Of a DNA stretch of 48,167 nt, positions 17,375-26,417 are shown piece after piece; positions within the stretch are counted from its first letter, which is position 1, and every line of letters begins with the position of its first letter. A model generated the notes under the pieces. The model did no database searches. It saw only the letters and a program-made list of their open reading frames with translations, and had not been told where the DNA came from. Location: positions 1-48,167 of the IMG/VR virus record IMGVR_UViG_3300024339_000026; one strand, given 5' to 3'. The position numbers and the translations under genes were made by a program. Source of the DNA: a virus (lineage: Duplodnaviria > Caudoviricetes).

Positions 17375-18280
17375 TTATGCAGCCTCGCCGTACTTTTTAG
17401 CCGAGCCATGGGTCATCCCGAGTTTCGCCTCGGAGTATTCCGGTGCCACAGGTAACTCTTCAAGCTCTCTCCATGCTTTGTAGAGGTCGGTTAAAAACCG
17501 CTTGATCATGTAGCGGACCGCCATATTGTGACGGTGCTTTAGGGATTTATCCTTATGCGCCGGCATGTGCTCTATGCGGTGTTTGTAGTTGTCATAGATC
17601 GTTCGATAGATACTCTTTTCTGCTGGCTGTTTGATGAAGCTTGGCCCGAGAACTCCAATCAATTTGGTTTTCAGGAAAGGGTTGAAGGTTATTCCCATCT
17701 TTTCCTTTTCTTCCCCGTTTTTGTCGGTGTAGCTGCTTTTGGAAAGGTGCTCTTTTTTGCGGCTTCTTCCAGCTCCATTCACCACATCGAGACCGGCATA
17801 CTTGTGGATGGAGGAGGGGTATTCTGCTGCGTAGATATTAATTTCCGAGACGATCACTCCGGCAATTGTTGGCCCCACGCCCCTGATACCTTCTAGGAAC
17901 TCAGTCCATACCCCAAAATCCTTTAGAATGTGCCCCAGCCGCTTGAATGAGTTTTTCTCTGCCTTCTCCAGTGCGAGATACTCATCCATAAGCGTGAGTT
18001 CCGTGTAGCTTGATATCAGCTCTGTTCCTTTGAAGGATGATGCTCTCGGAAAGATTGCGACTCCATCCGTTATCCTGTCGAATTCTTTGCGAAGATTTGC
18101 GAGGATATCTTTGGCTTCTTTATCCATCGTCTCCTCTTTCTCGCTTGGTGCTTGCCCTAACCTTGCCTTGAAGTTTGCAACAATCCGATTTCCAGTTTGG
18201 ATGCGCAGGTTCTGTATGTCGTATGTTCCTCGGACGACCGTTCTCACCGCTTGCCTTTCTTCGTATTGGGGGTTATCCAT
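17375..18280 (-). CDS. tasA: TIGR-associated Nop/IS110-like RNA-binding protein lacking a nuclease domain (TasA-like)
   Basis: Coiled-coil DIQNLRIQTGNRI; FLEGIRGVGPTIAGVIVSEI..PSSIHKYAGL (Transposase_20/Nop-like); FNPFLKTKL..Y..YK..HRHNMAVRYMIKRFL; no N-terminal DEDD RuvC or HNH. Confidence 0.8.
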   Translation of the reverse strand: MDNPQYEERQAVRTVVRGTYDIQNLRIQTGNRIVANFKARLGQAPSEKEETMDKEAKDILANLRKEFDRITDGVAIFPRASSFKGTELISSYTELTLMDEYLALEKAEKNSFKRLGHILKDFGVWTEFLEGIRGVGPTIAGVIVSEINIYAAEYPSSIHKYAGLDVVNGAGRSRKKEHLSKSSYTDKNGEEKEKMGITFNPFLKTKLIGVLGPSFIKQPAEKSIYRTIYDNYKHRIEHMPAHKDKSLKHRHNMAVRYMIKRFLTDLYKAWRELEELPVAPEYSEAKLGMTHGSAKKYGEAA

Positions 18281-18319
18281 GTTTGCTCCTGTTTGTTTTT
18301 AAATGGCGGCTATTGAATG

Positions 18320-18532
18320 TTACTTTTTATGCTCGGGGTACTCTCCGTAGTACGACTCCTCTGGTGTCATCTCTTCCCAATCCATAATCCACCCCTCACG
18401 ATCTCTGACAGCGAAACTGTTGTCGTGACTTTCTGCGACCTCAACCAGTCTGTCATACCACTCTTGTTCTGTTTCGTAGTTGTGCGTTCCCATTCTATTT
18501 TTCCTTTTCTTTGTAGTATCTATTGCTGACAC
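18320..18532 (-). CDS. Hypothetical protein
   Basis: 70-aa ORF with GGAG RBS, upstream of the Tas-like gene. Confidence 0.55.
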   Translation of the reverse strand: MSAIDTTKKRKNRMGTHNYETEQEWYDRLVEVAESHDNSFAVRDREGWIMDWEEMTPEESYYGEYPEHKK

Positions 18533-18589
18533 TGATCTCCCATAGCCCTGTAGGGACTAGGATAATCAGCATGACTATTGCGAATCCGG

Positions 18590-18913
18590 TCACGAACAGG
18601 ATCCCATTGCCAGCATTGCCTCTATCGATCCTTCCACTCGGTCCATCGGCAAGTCGTGAATCATCTCTTTCTCTTCTACCTTGTAGAAGCGCGTCATAAA
18701 AGTGCCGTCTTCCATGGCGGTCACCTTGACCCGGTTGATCCCGTTTTCTGTCTCCGGGATATCGAATCGTGCTGACCGATGACTGACAACCCGGACGTTT
18801 TCACCATGCAGCTTCTTTATGAAGTTTGCTCCCAGAGCCTCGTTCACTCTTGCTACTGGCGGTATTCCTATATTGTCCACTGCTGCTCTCCTTTTATCAG
18901 TTAAGTTATGCAA
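18590..18913 (-). CDS. Hypothetical protein (first gene of the leftward operon)
   Basis: 107-aa ORF just below the leftward promoter; start uncertain. Confidence 0.55.
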   Translation of the reverse strand: MHNLTDKRRAAVDNIGIPPVARVNEALGANFIKKLHGENVRVVSHRSARFDIPETENGINRVKVTAMEDGTFMTRFYKVEEKEMIHDLPMDRVEGSIEAMLAMGSCS

Positions 18914-18923
18914 CTGTTTAATT

Positions 18924-19010
18924 ACTATACTTCGTTAGTTTGTTAAGTCAACTATTTTACGGGTATTCTTCACTAATTAGTGTTGATTGTGTGGATTGTC
19001 CTGATATACT
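18924..19010. promoter_or_regulatory. Divergent promoter / operator region
   Basis: Leftward TTGACT-16-TATAGT (18951-18924); rightward TTGATT-16-TATACT with extended TG (18983-19010), 6 nt before the ATG at 19017. Confidence 0.6.
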
Positions 19011-19016
19011 GGATGC

Positions 19017-19280
19017 ATGGATCACAAGGAATTTATACGGCAACTAGGCAAGGCGGGACTCACACAAGTTGAGTTCGCCAATCTGCTCTGTATGCACCCC
19101 GCAACTTTGTCCAGTTATAGAAAAAAAGAGAGAGTGCCTGATCACGCAGCTGTTATTGCCTCACTCGTTGGCGAGATGGCTGATCATGGGTTAGAATTCA
19201 GGCATGTGTTTGAAAGGATTGGTATACAACGAAACAAACCGAGAGGAATGGGTTTTGATAGTCAATCCGAAAGGGGGTAA
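19017..19280 (+). CDS. HTH (XRE-like) transcriptional regulator, candidate repressor
   Basis: GLTQVEFANLLCMHPATLSSYRKKERVP; divergent from the early operon. Confidence 0.7.
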   Translation: MDHKEFIRQLGKAGLTQVEFANLLCMHPATLSSYRKKERVPDHAAVIASLVGEMADHGLEFRHVFERIGIQRNKPRGMGFDSQSERG

Positions 19281-19282
19281 GT

Positions 19283-19528
19283 ATGAATGTGCCACAGTTA
19301 TTGAAGTTAGAGGCCCAGACTACTGAGTCTGAGCAACGAATCATGGACCGCGCAATCGAGCGTGAGCATGAGGTTCTTTCACGTATGGCAAAAATTCGCC
19401 CTTATGCAATGGTTCGTGATGATCTAGCAGTTGAGTACAATGCTCTCGCTAAGGAGCGCGGTCTTCTGACTCAGGTTATTGAGCATGCCAAATTCAATAT
19501 TAATGAACTACCGAAAATGGTGGCTTGA
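19283..19528 (+). CDS. Hypothetical protein
   Basis: 81-aa ORF coupled to the regulator. Confidence 0.55.
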   Translation: MNVPQLLKLEAQTTESEQRIMDRAIEREHEVLSRMAKIRPYAMVRDDLAVEYNALAKERGLLTQVIEHAKFNINELPKMVA

Positions 19529-19554
19529 TTAGGTCGTGATCTCATTATGGGTGA

Positions 19555-22500
19555 ATGAGTCAATTCGCCCAGCTTGAGCAACAGCTATCCCACCTCGCCG
19601 GTTCCTCTCCCTCACTCGTTAAGTCTCTTGACGAGAGTGCGGGGGAGATTGATATCCTTCTGTATCGTCATTCTCATGAGCCTACTCAGGCCCAGATAGA
19701 GGCTGGCAATTATAAAAAACGTAAGCTCTCGTTTCATGGTCTCACGGTCTCAATTGAGAATGAGGCTGGTTCTGTGCGCCGTGGAGTTGATCCCGGTGGC
19801 AAGGTGTGGGAGACAAGGATGTACTTCCCATACGGGTACATTTTGGGGTCTGAGGGCGTTGACGGTGATCATGTAGATATCTATCTCGGCCCCGATGAGG
19901 ATGCTCAGACGGTCTTTGTGGTCCACCAGCGGCAGTACGGTAACTGGTCTGAGTACGACGAGGATAAGTGTATGCTCGGGTTCTCCTCCAAGGAGGATGC
20001 TGTTCGTGCGTTCCTGCTGCACTACAACGACCTACGCTTTCTGGGTGATGTGACCCCGATGCCGCTTGATGAGTTCAAGGCAAAGGTCAGGGCCACTGCT
20101 GACAAGCCTCAGATGATCAAGTCAGAGCCGGTAGAGGGTGACGCGATCAAATTCAACAGTGACCACCTGTTTGATGGGGGGCCAGCCTCTGGTCATGTGG
20201 TTGATACGAAGATCACTGTTGATGGTATGTATTTTACGGTGAAGTTTTCCGACCGTCAGAAAATGTTTAGTTGGGAGGACGTTCGTGATTATGCGGACAA
20301 GAGAGGAAAGCTGTGGTTAATCAAGGGCGGCTCCAGTGAACCCGACTACGGTCAGGAGATGCTCAAGGCAGAGCAGTCTGGTATCCCTACGGGTGCTCGC
20401 TGGATAACTGTTCATCCAAATGGAGAGGGAAAGGGGCAGGCGATTCTAGTGCTCCCTCAGTCCGATGGTTCCATGAAGGTTATTGGCGGTGCTGGTGGTT
20501 CTCTAAACCATCTCACATTGACCGGTGTCGGCAAGGGTGGGGACTACAAACAAAAACTCAAGCAGAAGGCCAAGGATCGCCGCGATAAAAAGAAGGCTCA
20601 GATCAAGGCCGATAAAGCAGCGGGGGTCCACGAGTCCAAGGTTGGCGCAAAATCCAAAATATCCGAGAATTTGCGCAAGCATCGTGAGGATTTTGTTCGC
20701 ACCGTTGCTGAGAGTGCGGGGTGGGATCCAAAGGATCTTGAATTTGATGAGGATAAGCACGCCGATCTTTCAGATTCTGCTCGCGCCAAGGCACGCAAAG
20801 ACCATTCTGCCGGATTAATGAAGCGTGCTCGCGCCGAGGTGGACTTGAATCGCAAGTCTCTCGTGCTCGATCACTCTAAGCAGGCCATTGCTGGCCTCAA
20901 TCAGTTGCCGTTGGAGTCAGATAATCACGAGACGCTCTCCGTTGATGATCTGAATCCTGTTCCCGAGAAGGCACCGTCTCTTGGGTTCGATCCTCAATAT
21001 GCGGAGCGTGCCGAGAAAAAAGGACTCACTTCTACTTCGAAGCAGGAGATAAAAGAGTCATTTTCCGGCGGTAAGCCACCCACCCCAAGTCAGTCGATGG
21101 CAGCGGATGCCTCTGTGGAGCTACAGAAGTTCCAAGAGATTAATCCTGACACCATGCCTCCTGACCCCAAGGTGCTGGAGGATGCCCACAAAGCTGTCGA
21201 TATGTTGCGAGCTGCCAAAAAGCTCAAGCTCGCAGAGGATGCGGCACGTAAATCAAAAAAGGAGATCGATAATGCGAGCGTGGTGGAACAGAAATCATAC
21301 GTGCTCAACGTCTCAGAAGATGAAATTGACGAGTCCGTTAAGAAGTCTATTGAAGATGATGCTCGCACCCTTTCTGTGGTTGGTTTCATTAATCGTGTGG
21401 ACCATAAATCCGGAGAGACGGGGTTGGGTGTGCACGTCAGTGCTGGTGGATTTAACTCTCTTAATAGTTTTGCTACTGCTGTTGCAGGAGGGTCTCTTAT
21501 TGATCGTTCGGTGGTCGACGTTCTGGGGCTGAATGGTGCAGCTCAAGTGCTCGCCCGTCAGATTCACCAATCCCACGAGGGGGGTGATCTTGACCGAGTG
21601 CGTCATGCGCTTGAACGCTTTCATGCTGATACACAGGTTGAGAAACAGGATACCGCTGTTAAAAATTACAACAGCCTGATTTCGGCGGCTTCGGAGATCA
21701 AGCTTCCAGATGGCAAAACGGGGACCGACCTTGCTCATGCTCAGGCTTTAAATCAGCAGCGTAGAAAAATACTGCAGGAGGCGAAGCGCCTCATGGGGAT
21801 TACTTCCGGAGAGCTTGAAGCGAACGCAGCTCTTGCAATGGCCTTAAAATCTTCTAAAGCCAGCCACACCGAAGTCTCATTGGGTGCAGCAGGTATGGGT
21901 TCTGCAATTACACAGCTCCATGCGATTGGCTTAGAGAAAGGGGATTACGCTCTTGATAAAGCCGGGGATAATCTGGTGGTCACCATCAATGGCCCCGGTC
22001 TTGATAAGTTGGCCCGTCCCGTTGATATTGAGGGTCTGAGGCGCATTCGCCGCAATCTTGATATCGCCTCTGGCAAGATGGACGAGGAGGGGTGGTTACC
22101 TAAAGGGTTTGCTGATCGTCCTGATCTTGCTATGCACGTAGAGCCGGGGGTGGCTGAGTCTCTTGCTGAGCCATTCTCCCCGAAGGCGCACGACTCTTTA
22201 TCTGGTGCCATTCGTTCGTATATTGGTGGTAGGGCTGCTGATGGTGACCCACCGTCAAGTATCGTTGCTGATCTGCTCTCATCAAACTTTATTGAACGGT
22301 CTGGTGGTGATGGAAAGGCTTACATGAAAGCTCTTGATTCTGTTGTTCCTTTGCGTGATGGTGCGGGGAAGATCAGGGCCGCTGAATCTCATACAAACGT
22401 GTTTTCTGGCTTTGCGGATGAGTATGTTTCTGCTAAATATGGTGGTGACCGCTCTCCACTGCACTCCCAAGGGTTCTCGTTAGATCAAAAATCTGTAGAT

Positions 22501-24816
22501 GCTCTGCATCGTTCCCTGTCGAGTAATCCCGAAGGTGTGGCTGCATTCAAGCCGGTCGGTGATCTTTCCGTGAAGGAGCGGAATGGTCTTCGTAAGTGGT
22601 TTATGTCGAACGTGGCCCCTAAATCTGGCGGTCAGGATGAGAAAGCTGCTCTTGATGCACACCTTGCCACTGAGCCGAAGAAAGAGAGTGTTGATCTGTT
22701 TAATGATACAGCCACCTCTTCGGAGTGGAAGGAGTGGTCTGGTCAGCGTGACGAACTCTCTGCAGCACACGACAAGGCTTCTTTTACATGGGGTAAGTTT
22801 GTGCAGACCATGGGTTCCCCGGAGCAGGCAATCAAATCTGTTCAGGATCTGGTTCGCTCGCGGGTAGTTCATGACTTTGCAGATCATCACAATAAGCTCA
22901 CTCCCAGCTCGCCCTTGAAGGTCGGGAAAACGGTCATTGATGGCAATCTTGCTTATCTGGATGCGATTGACCCGGTAGCTCGGGAGAAGCGTCAGTCTGA
23001 GCGCAAATCTCTGATCGACTCTCTACGCGACCGGGTGGATGGAAAATACTCCTCTGGATCTGTTGCAGATAAGCTGCAGGCGCACGCACAGACCAAAGCG
23101 GCTTATGAGCAGACTCAAATGGGCCTGTTTTCCTCCGAAGAATTGACCCCGGACAACTCTATTCGCACCGATGAGAGGTACACGGTTGGACATGCTGCTG
23201 AACAGAAGATTGCCGGCATGATGTCCGTAGTGGGGCAGAACTTCAAATCTGGGGAGCCTACGAAATTGTGGGGGGCTTCAATGTCTGGGAAGTATGCCCC
23301 CCAGCAGCGAGCAATCAAAATGCTGGAGGCCAATAAGCGTATTGCTTTGGGATATGGTGCGGGCAGCGGAAAAACTGCAATTTACCTTGGGGGATTCTCC
23401 CATCTCCATGGTCAGGGTAAGGTCAAACGTGCACTAATGCTGGTCCCCTCGGCGGTGCAGGCGCAATTCTCTGGTGAGGCACTTCGGTATCTTGAACCGG
23501 GCAAGTTCAACACTCATATTCAGCCGGGAGCCTCTCGGGAGGAGCGTATTGCGGCCTATAAAAACCCGGACCACCACATTGCTGTAATGACCCACGAGGC
23601 TTTCCGGGGGGATATGATTGATCTTGGTGCTGGTCATGCCGGGATGACCGAGCAGGAGATGACCGCCGAGGTCAATTCAATGACTCCGCAAGAGCGAAAG
23701 AGTTGGGCGAAGGGGGTCATGGATCATGAAGGGATCAATTTCGATGCAACATTTGTCGACGAGGCACACCAACTACTGAACCGCCAAGGGAAGGAGAATT
23801 CCACTCGGGCCAATGTTATTGATGCTGTTTCTGATAACACGCCATATTTTATCTATGGCACCGGAGATCCCGCTAAAAATGATGCTAGTGAAATTCACGA
23901 TGTGCTATCAAAAGTTGATCGTAATCGATACGGTGACCGGGGTGCCTTTATGCGAGCTTATGGTCAGAACACGATCGAGTCGAAGGCTGCGTTGAAGCGT
24001 GAGTTGGCTCGCAATGGAATAAGCAATACGATATCCCCTGACATTAAGGCTGATTATCGGAATGAGTCGGTTTCTCTCTCTGACCACCAGCGTGGCGAGA
24101 TTGAGAAGGTTAATGGGCATTATAGCCGGGTCAAAATGGCTCGCCTGAAGGGTGAGGTTGATGTTGATGCTGCTCGCTCCCTGAGTCCCTCATCTTTTGA
24201 AGGAGTCGATCAAAAAGACCATAAGGAGTTGGCTCGCAGAATCCAGAACGCAGCCGGTGTGGTGCATAACGCCGCTGTGAGTCGAGTTATTCACTCCTCT
24301 GACCACAATGCCAAGATTGATAAGATTTCGTCTCTTGTCTCTGGGCACGATGGTAAGCCCGGCGTGGTGTTTGCCCGGAATCGTGATGCTGTGGAGAAGA
24401 TTCGCAAGCGTCTGGAGTCTGAAGGTCACCGGGTAGTTACCCTGACCGGGTCGGACTCTGCCAAGGATAAGGATAAAAAGCGGCTCATGTTTCAGCCTGA
24501 GAACGGGGAGCCTCTTGCGGACATTATGGTTTCCTCCGATGCGGGTGCCGTTGGGTTGAATATGCAGCGGGGCAGTTGGGTGGTCCATCATGATATCCCT
24601 GCTACAGCCATGTTACATGGTCAAAGATCCGCACGTGTTCATAGATTGGGGCAGAAGAACGATGTAACGGTGCACACCCTTGTGGCTGACCATCCGTCCG
24701 AGCAGACCGCTCTCGATCGTCTCAAAAAGAAATATGCACTACGAGAGATGCTGCTGGATCCGATGGAGACCCTTGACGATACGGGGATTGCTTCATACCT
24801 ATCAAACTCAAGGTAA
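19555..24816 (+). CDS. Polyvalent protein: N-terminal inorganic-pyrophosphatase-like (InPase) domain and C-terminal SNF2-type helicase (DarB-like cargo)
   Basis: PTQAQIEAGNYKK..YGYI..GVDGDHVDIYLG..YDEDKCMLGF; GAGSGKT; FVDEAH; GLNMQ..QRSARVHRLGQ. Confidence 0.85.
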   Translation: MSQFAQLEQQLSHLAGSSPSLVKSLDESAGEIDILLYRHSHEPTQAQIEAGNYKKRKLSFHGLTVSIENEAGSVRRGVDPGGKVWETRMYFPYGYILGSEGVDGDHVDIYLGPDEDAQTVFVVHQRQYGNWSEYDEDKCMLGFSSKEDAVRAFLLHYNDLRFLGDVTPMPLDEFKAKVRATADKPQMIKSEPVEGDAIKFNSDHLFDGGPASGHVVDTKITVDGMYFTVKFSDRQKMFSWEDVRDYADKRGKLWLIKGGSSEPDYGQEMLKAEQSGIPTGARWITVHPNGEGKGQAILVLPQSDGSMKVIGGAGGSLNHLTLTGVGKGGDYKQKLKQKAKDRRDKKKAQIKADKAAGVHESKVGAKSKISENLRKHREDFVRTVAESAGWDPKDLEFDEDKHADLSDSARAKARKDHSAGLMKRARAEVDLNRKSLVLDHSKQAIAGLNQLPLESDNHETLSVDDLNPVPEKAPSLGFDPQYAERAEKKGLTSTSKQEIKESFSGGKPPTPSQSMAADASVELQKFQEINPDTMPPDPKVLEDAHKAVDMLRAAKKLKLAEDAARKSKKEIDNASVVEQKSYVLNVSEDEIDESVKKSIEDDARTLSVVGFINRVDHKSGETGLGVHVSAGGFNSLNSFATAVAGGSLIDRSVVDVLGLNGAAQVLARQIHQSHEGGDLDRVRHALERFHADTQVEKQDTAVKNYNSLISAASEIKLPDGKTGTDLAHAQALNQQRRKILQEAKRLMGITSGELEANAALAMALKSSKASHTEVSLGAAGMGSAITQLHAIGLEKGDYALDKAGDNLVVTINGPGLDKLARPVDIEGLRRIRRNLDIASGKMDEEGWLPKGFADRPDLAMHVEPGVAESLAEPFSPKAHDSLSGAIRSYIGGRAADGDPPSSIVADLLSSNFIERSGGDGKAYMKALDSVVPLRDGAGKIRAAESHTNVFSGFADEYVSAKYGGDRSPLHSQGFSLDQKSVDALHRSLSSNPEGVAAFKPVGDLSVKERNGLRKWFMSNVAPKSGGQDEKAALDAHLATEPKKESVDLFNDTATSSEWKEWSGQRDELSAAHDKASFTWGKFVQTMGSPEQAIKSVQDLVRSRVVHDFADHHNKLTPSSPLKVGKTVIDGNLAYLDAIDPVAREKRQSERKSLIDSLRDRVDGKYSSGSVADKLQAHAQTKAAYEQTQMGLFSSEELTPDNSIRTDERYTVGHAAEQKIAGMMSVVGQNFKSGEPTKLWGASMSGKYAPQQRAIKMLEANKRIALGYGAGSGKTAIYLGGFSHLHGQGKVKRALMLVPSAVQAQFSGEALRYLEPGKFNTHIQPGASREERIAAYKNPDHHIAVMTHEAFRGDMIDLGAGHAGMTEQEMTAEVNSMTPQERKSWAKGVMDHEGINFDATFVDEAHQLLNRQGKENSTRANVIDAVSDNTPYFIYGTGDPAKNDASEIHDVLSKVDRNRYGDRGAFMRAYGQNTIESKAALKRELARNGISNTISPDIKADYRNESVSLSDHQRGEIEKVNGHYSRVKMARLKGEVDVDAARSLSPSSFEGVDQKDHKELARRIQNAAGVVHNAAVSRVIHSSDHNAKIDKISSLVSGHDGKPGVVFARNRDAVEKIRKRLESEGHRVVTLTGSDSAKDKDKKRLMFQPENGEPLADIMVSSDAGAVGLNMQRGSWVVHHDIPATAMLHGQRSARVHRLGQKNDVTVHTLVADHPSEQTALDRLKKKYALREMLLDPMETLDDTGIASYLSNSR

Positions 24817-24838
24817 GTCGTGACACCATGATTCATGC

Positions 24839-25720
24839 ATGGATTCTGATTTTATTTGTATTGGCACTGAGTGCATGCTCAAAGCGCAACCTATCGAGGA
24901 AGATGGTCGCCGCATCCTATATTTTGAGGCTTCCAATGAGGGGGTTGATATTCAGGGTGAGAGAGTTATGGCGAAGGCTCTGTCTGAGTCGTCTGACCAC
25001 TTCATCAAGTTTGGCAATATTGACATAGATCACTATACGATCATTGGACACAAGCTCGGGCTTCCTGAACCCTTCTCTTATGAAGTGGGTCGTCCGATTG
25101 AGGCGAAGTGCTCCGGTGAGAGAACTTTTGTGAAGGCTGAGATTTACCAAGGGGGCGGCCCTCTGGCAAAAAACGCCAATATGCTATGGGAGTCGGTCAC
25201 TGCTCTCACGCCTCCTGCCCGCTGGTATCCGTCCGTTGGGGGGAAGGTTCTTTCCAAGTCTGTTGACGAGGATCCAGATACTGGTGAACCGATCACTATA
25301 GTTGATAAGGTTCGTTGGACGAATATTGGTCTTTCACGCACTCCAGTTAATCAACATCTGGGCACTGTATCCACGGCTCCTGTTGGTGTATTCCACAAGT
25401 CTCTGGGTGCACTGGTGATGGTGGGTGATATGTCTAAGGCTCTCACTGCCGGGTATGGCACTGACTCCTCTTCTTTGTCTGGTGGTGCGGCTCTTCGCAC
25501 TGAATCTCTTCATGGTTCTGTAATTAATTATTACGACTACCGAGAGAAATTATCGGCCCTTCTAAATGGTCGTGACAACAGCATTCCTCATGATTTGATG
25601 CCACAAAGCCTTATCGCTTACAGCGTCCATCACTTTGGTTTGTCGTCTGATATGGCGACTGAATTTGTTACGAGATTCTTTAGTGATCTCTCGAAAAGAG
25701 GAAAAAGTTCAAATGAGTGA
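24839..25720 (+). CDS. Prohead protease
   Basis: EASNEGVDIQGE..GNIDIDH..PSVGG..IGLSRTPVN; position before scaffold and capsid. Confidence 0.75.
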   Translation: MDSDFICIGTECMLKAQPIEEDGRRILYFEASNEGVDIQGERVMAKALSESSDHFIKFGNIDIDHYTIIGHKLGLPEPFSYEVGRPIEAKCSGERTFVKAEIYQGGGPLAKNANMLWESVTALTPPARWYPSVGGKVLSKSVDEDPDTGEPITIVDKVRWTNIGLSRTPVNQHLGTVSTAPVGVFHKSLGALVMVGDMSKALTAGYGTDSSSLSGGAALRTESLHGSVINYYDYREKLSALLNGRDNSIPHDLMPQSLIAYSVHHFGLSSDMATEFVTRFFSDLSKRGKSSNE

Positions 25721-26417
25721 ATTTGACAAACTTGCTAATGATCTGGGGACGCTCGTCAAGTCTCAGGCCAGCGACGATGGTATTGCCGCTGCTGCTGAGG
25801 AGGCTGGTGTTGACCCAGATAACTATGATAATTCTGAGGAAGGATCAGAAGAGGGGGTCGCTGCTGTAAGTGAAGGTGCAGACGGTGATGATGTTGCTGC
25901 TGCTGATGCTGATGGCGACGATAAAGAGAAGGAAGAAGAGGATGAAGAGGATATGGGTAAGTCCATGTATGCTGTCGATGCTAATGGTGAGGAGGTTGCT
26001 GTCTTTGATGCAACAGCATTCCTGAAGTCGTTAGATTCGCGTCTATCCGCTCTGGAGTCTGGATCATTGGCTGGTTCTGATAGTGATCCTGCTCTCGTTA
26101 AAAGTATGTCTCTGGTTGTTGACATGCTCAAGGGGCAAGACGCGCGTATTTCCGCTCTAACAACGAAGCTCGAGAAAGTTGCCGCGTCTGGCACAGGTCG
26201 CCGCACCGTTGTTACTACCACGGAAAATCTGACCAAATCAGAGGGTAGTGAGGCTATTGCTGTCACTTCACAAGATCTTATGCTGAAGGCTGAGACTGCT
26301 CTTGAGGGTGGGAAGATTGTCGCTTCTGACATCTCCCTGATTGAGTCTTGTATCAATAACAATTCGCCAGTACCTAGCGGTCTGATGACGAAGATTGGGT
26401 TTACTGGAGGAAAGTAA
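25713..26417 (+). CDS. Putative scaffolding protein
   Basis: Acidic protein with many xxKS/KA sites, between protease and capsid. Confidence 0.65.
   Translation: MSEFDKLANDLGTLVKSQASDDGIAAAAEEAGVDPDNYDNSEEGSEEGVAAVSEGADGDDVAAADADGDDKEKEEEDEEDMGKSMYAVDANGEEVAVFDATAFLKSLDSRLSALESGSLAGSDSDPALVKSMSLVVDMLKGQDARISALTTKLEKVAASGTGRRTVVTTTENLTKSEGSEAIAVTSQDLMLKAETALEGGKIVASDISLIESCINNNSPVPSGLMTKIGFTGGK

Noticed and set aside
17196-17483. 95-aa + strand ORF with GCL/GSL repeats
   Set aside because: Translation artefact of the 18/36-nt array periodicity, antisense to the Tas-like gene; the array has frame-breaking 8-nt spacers
17375-18280. IS110 transposase / insertion sequence
   Set aside because: Lacks the N-terminal DEDD RuvC-like domain and the usual AGLxP...SG catalytic-serine motif; sits within a phage operon next to a guide array
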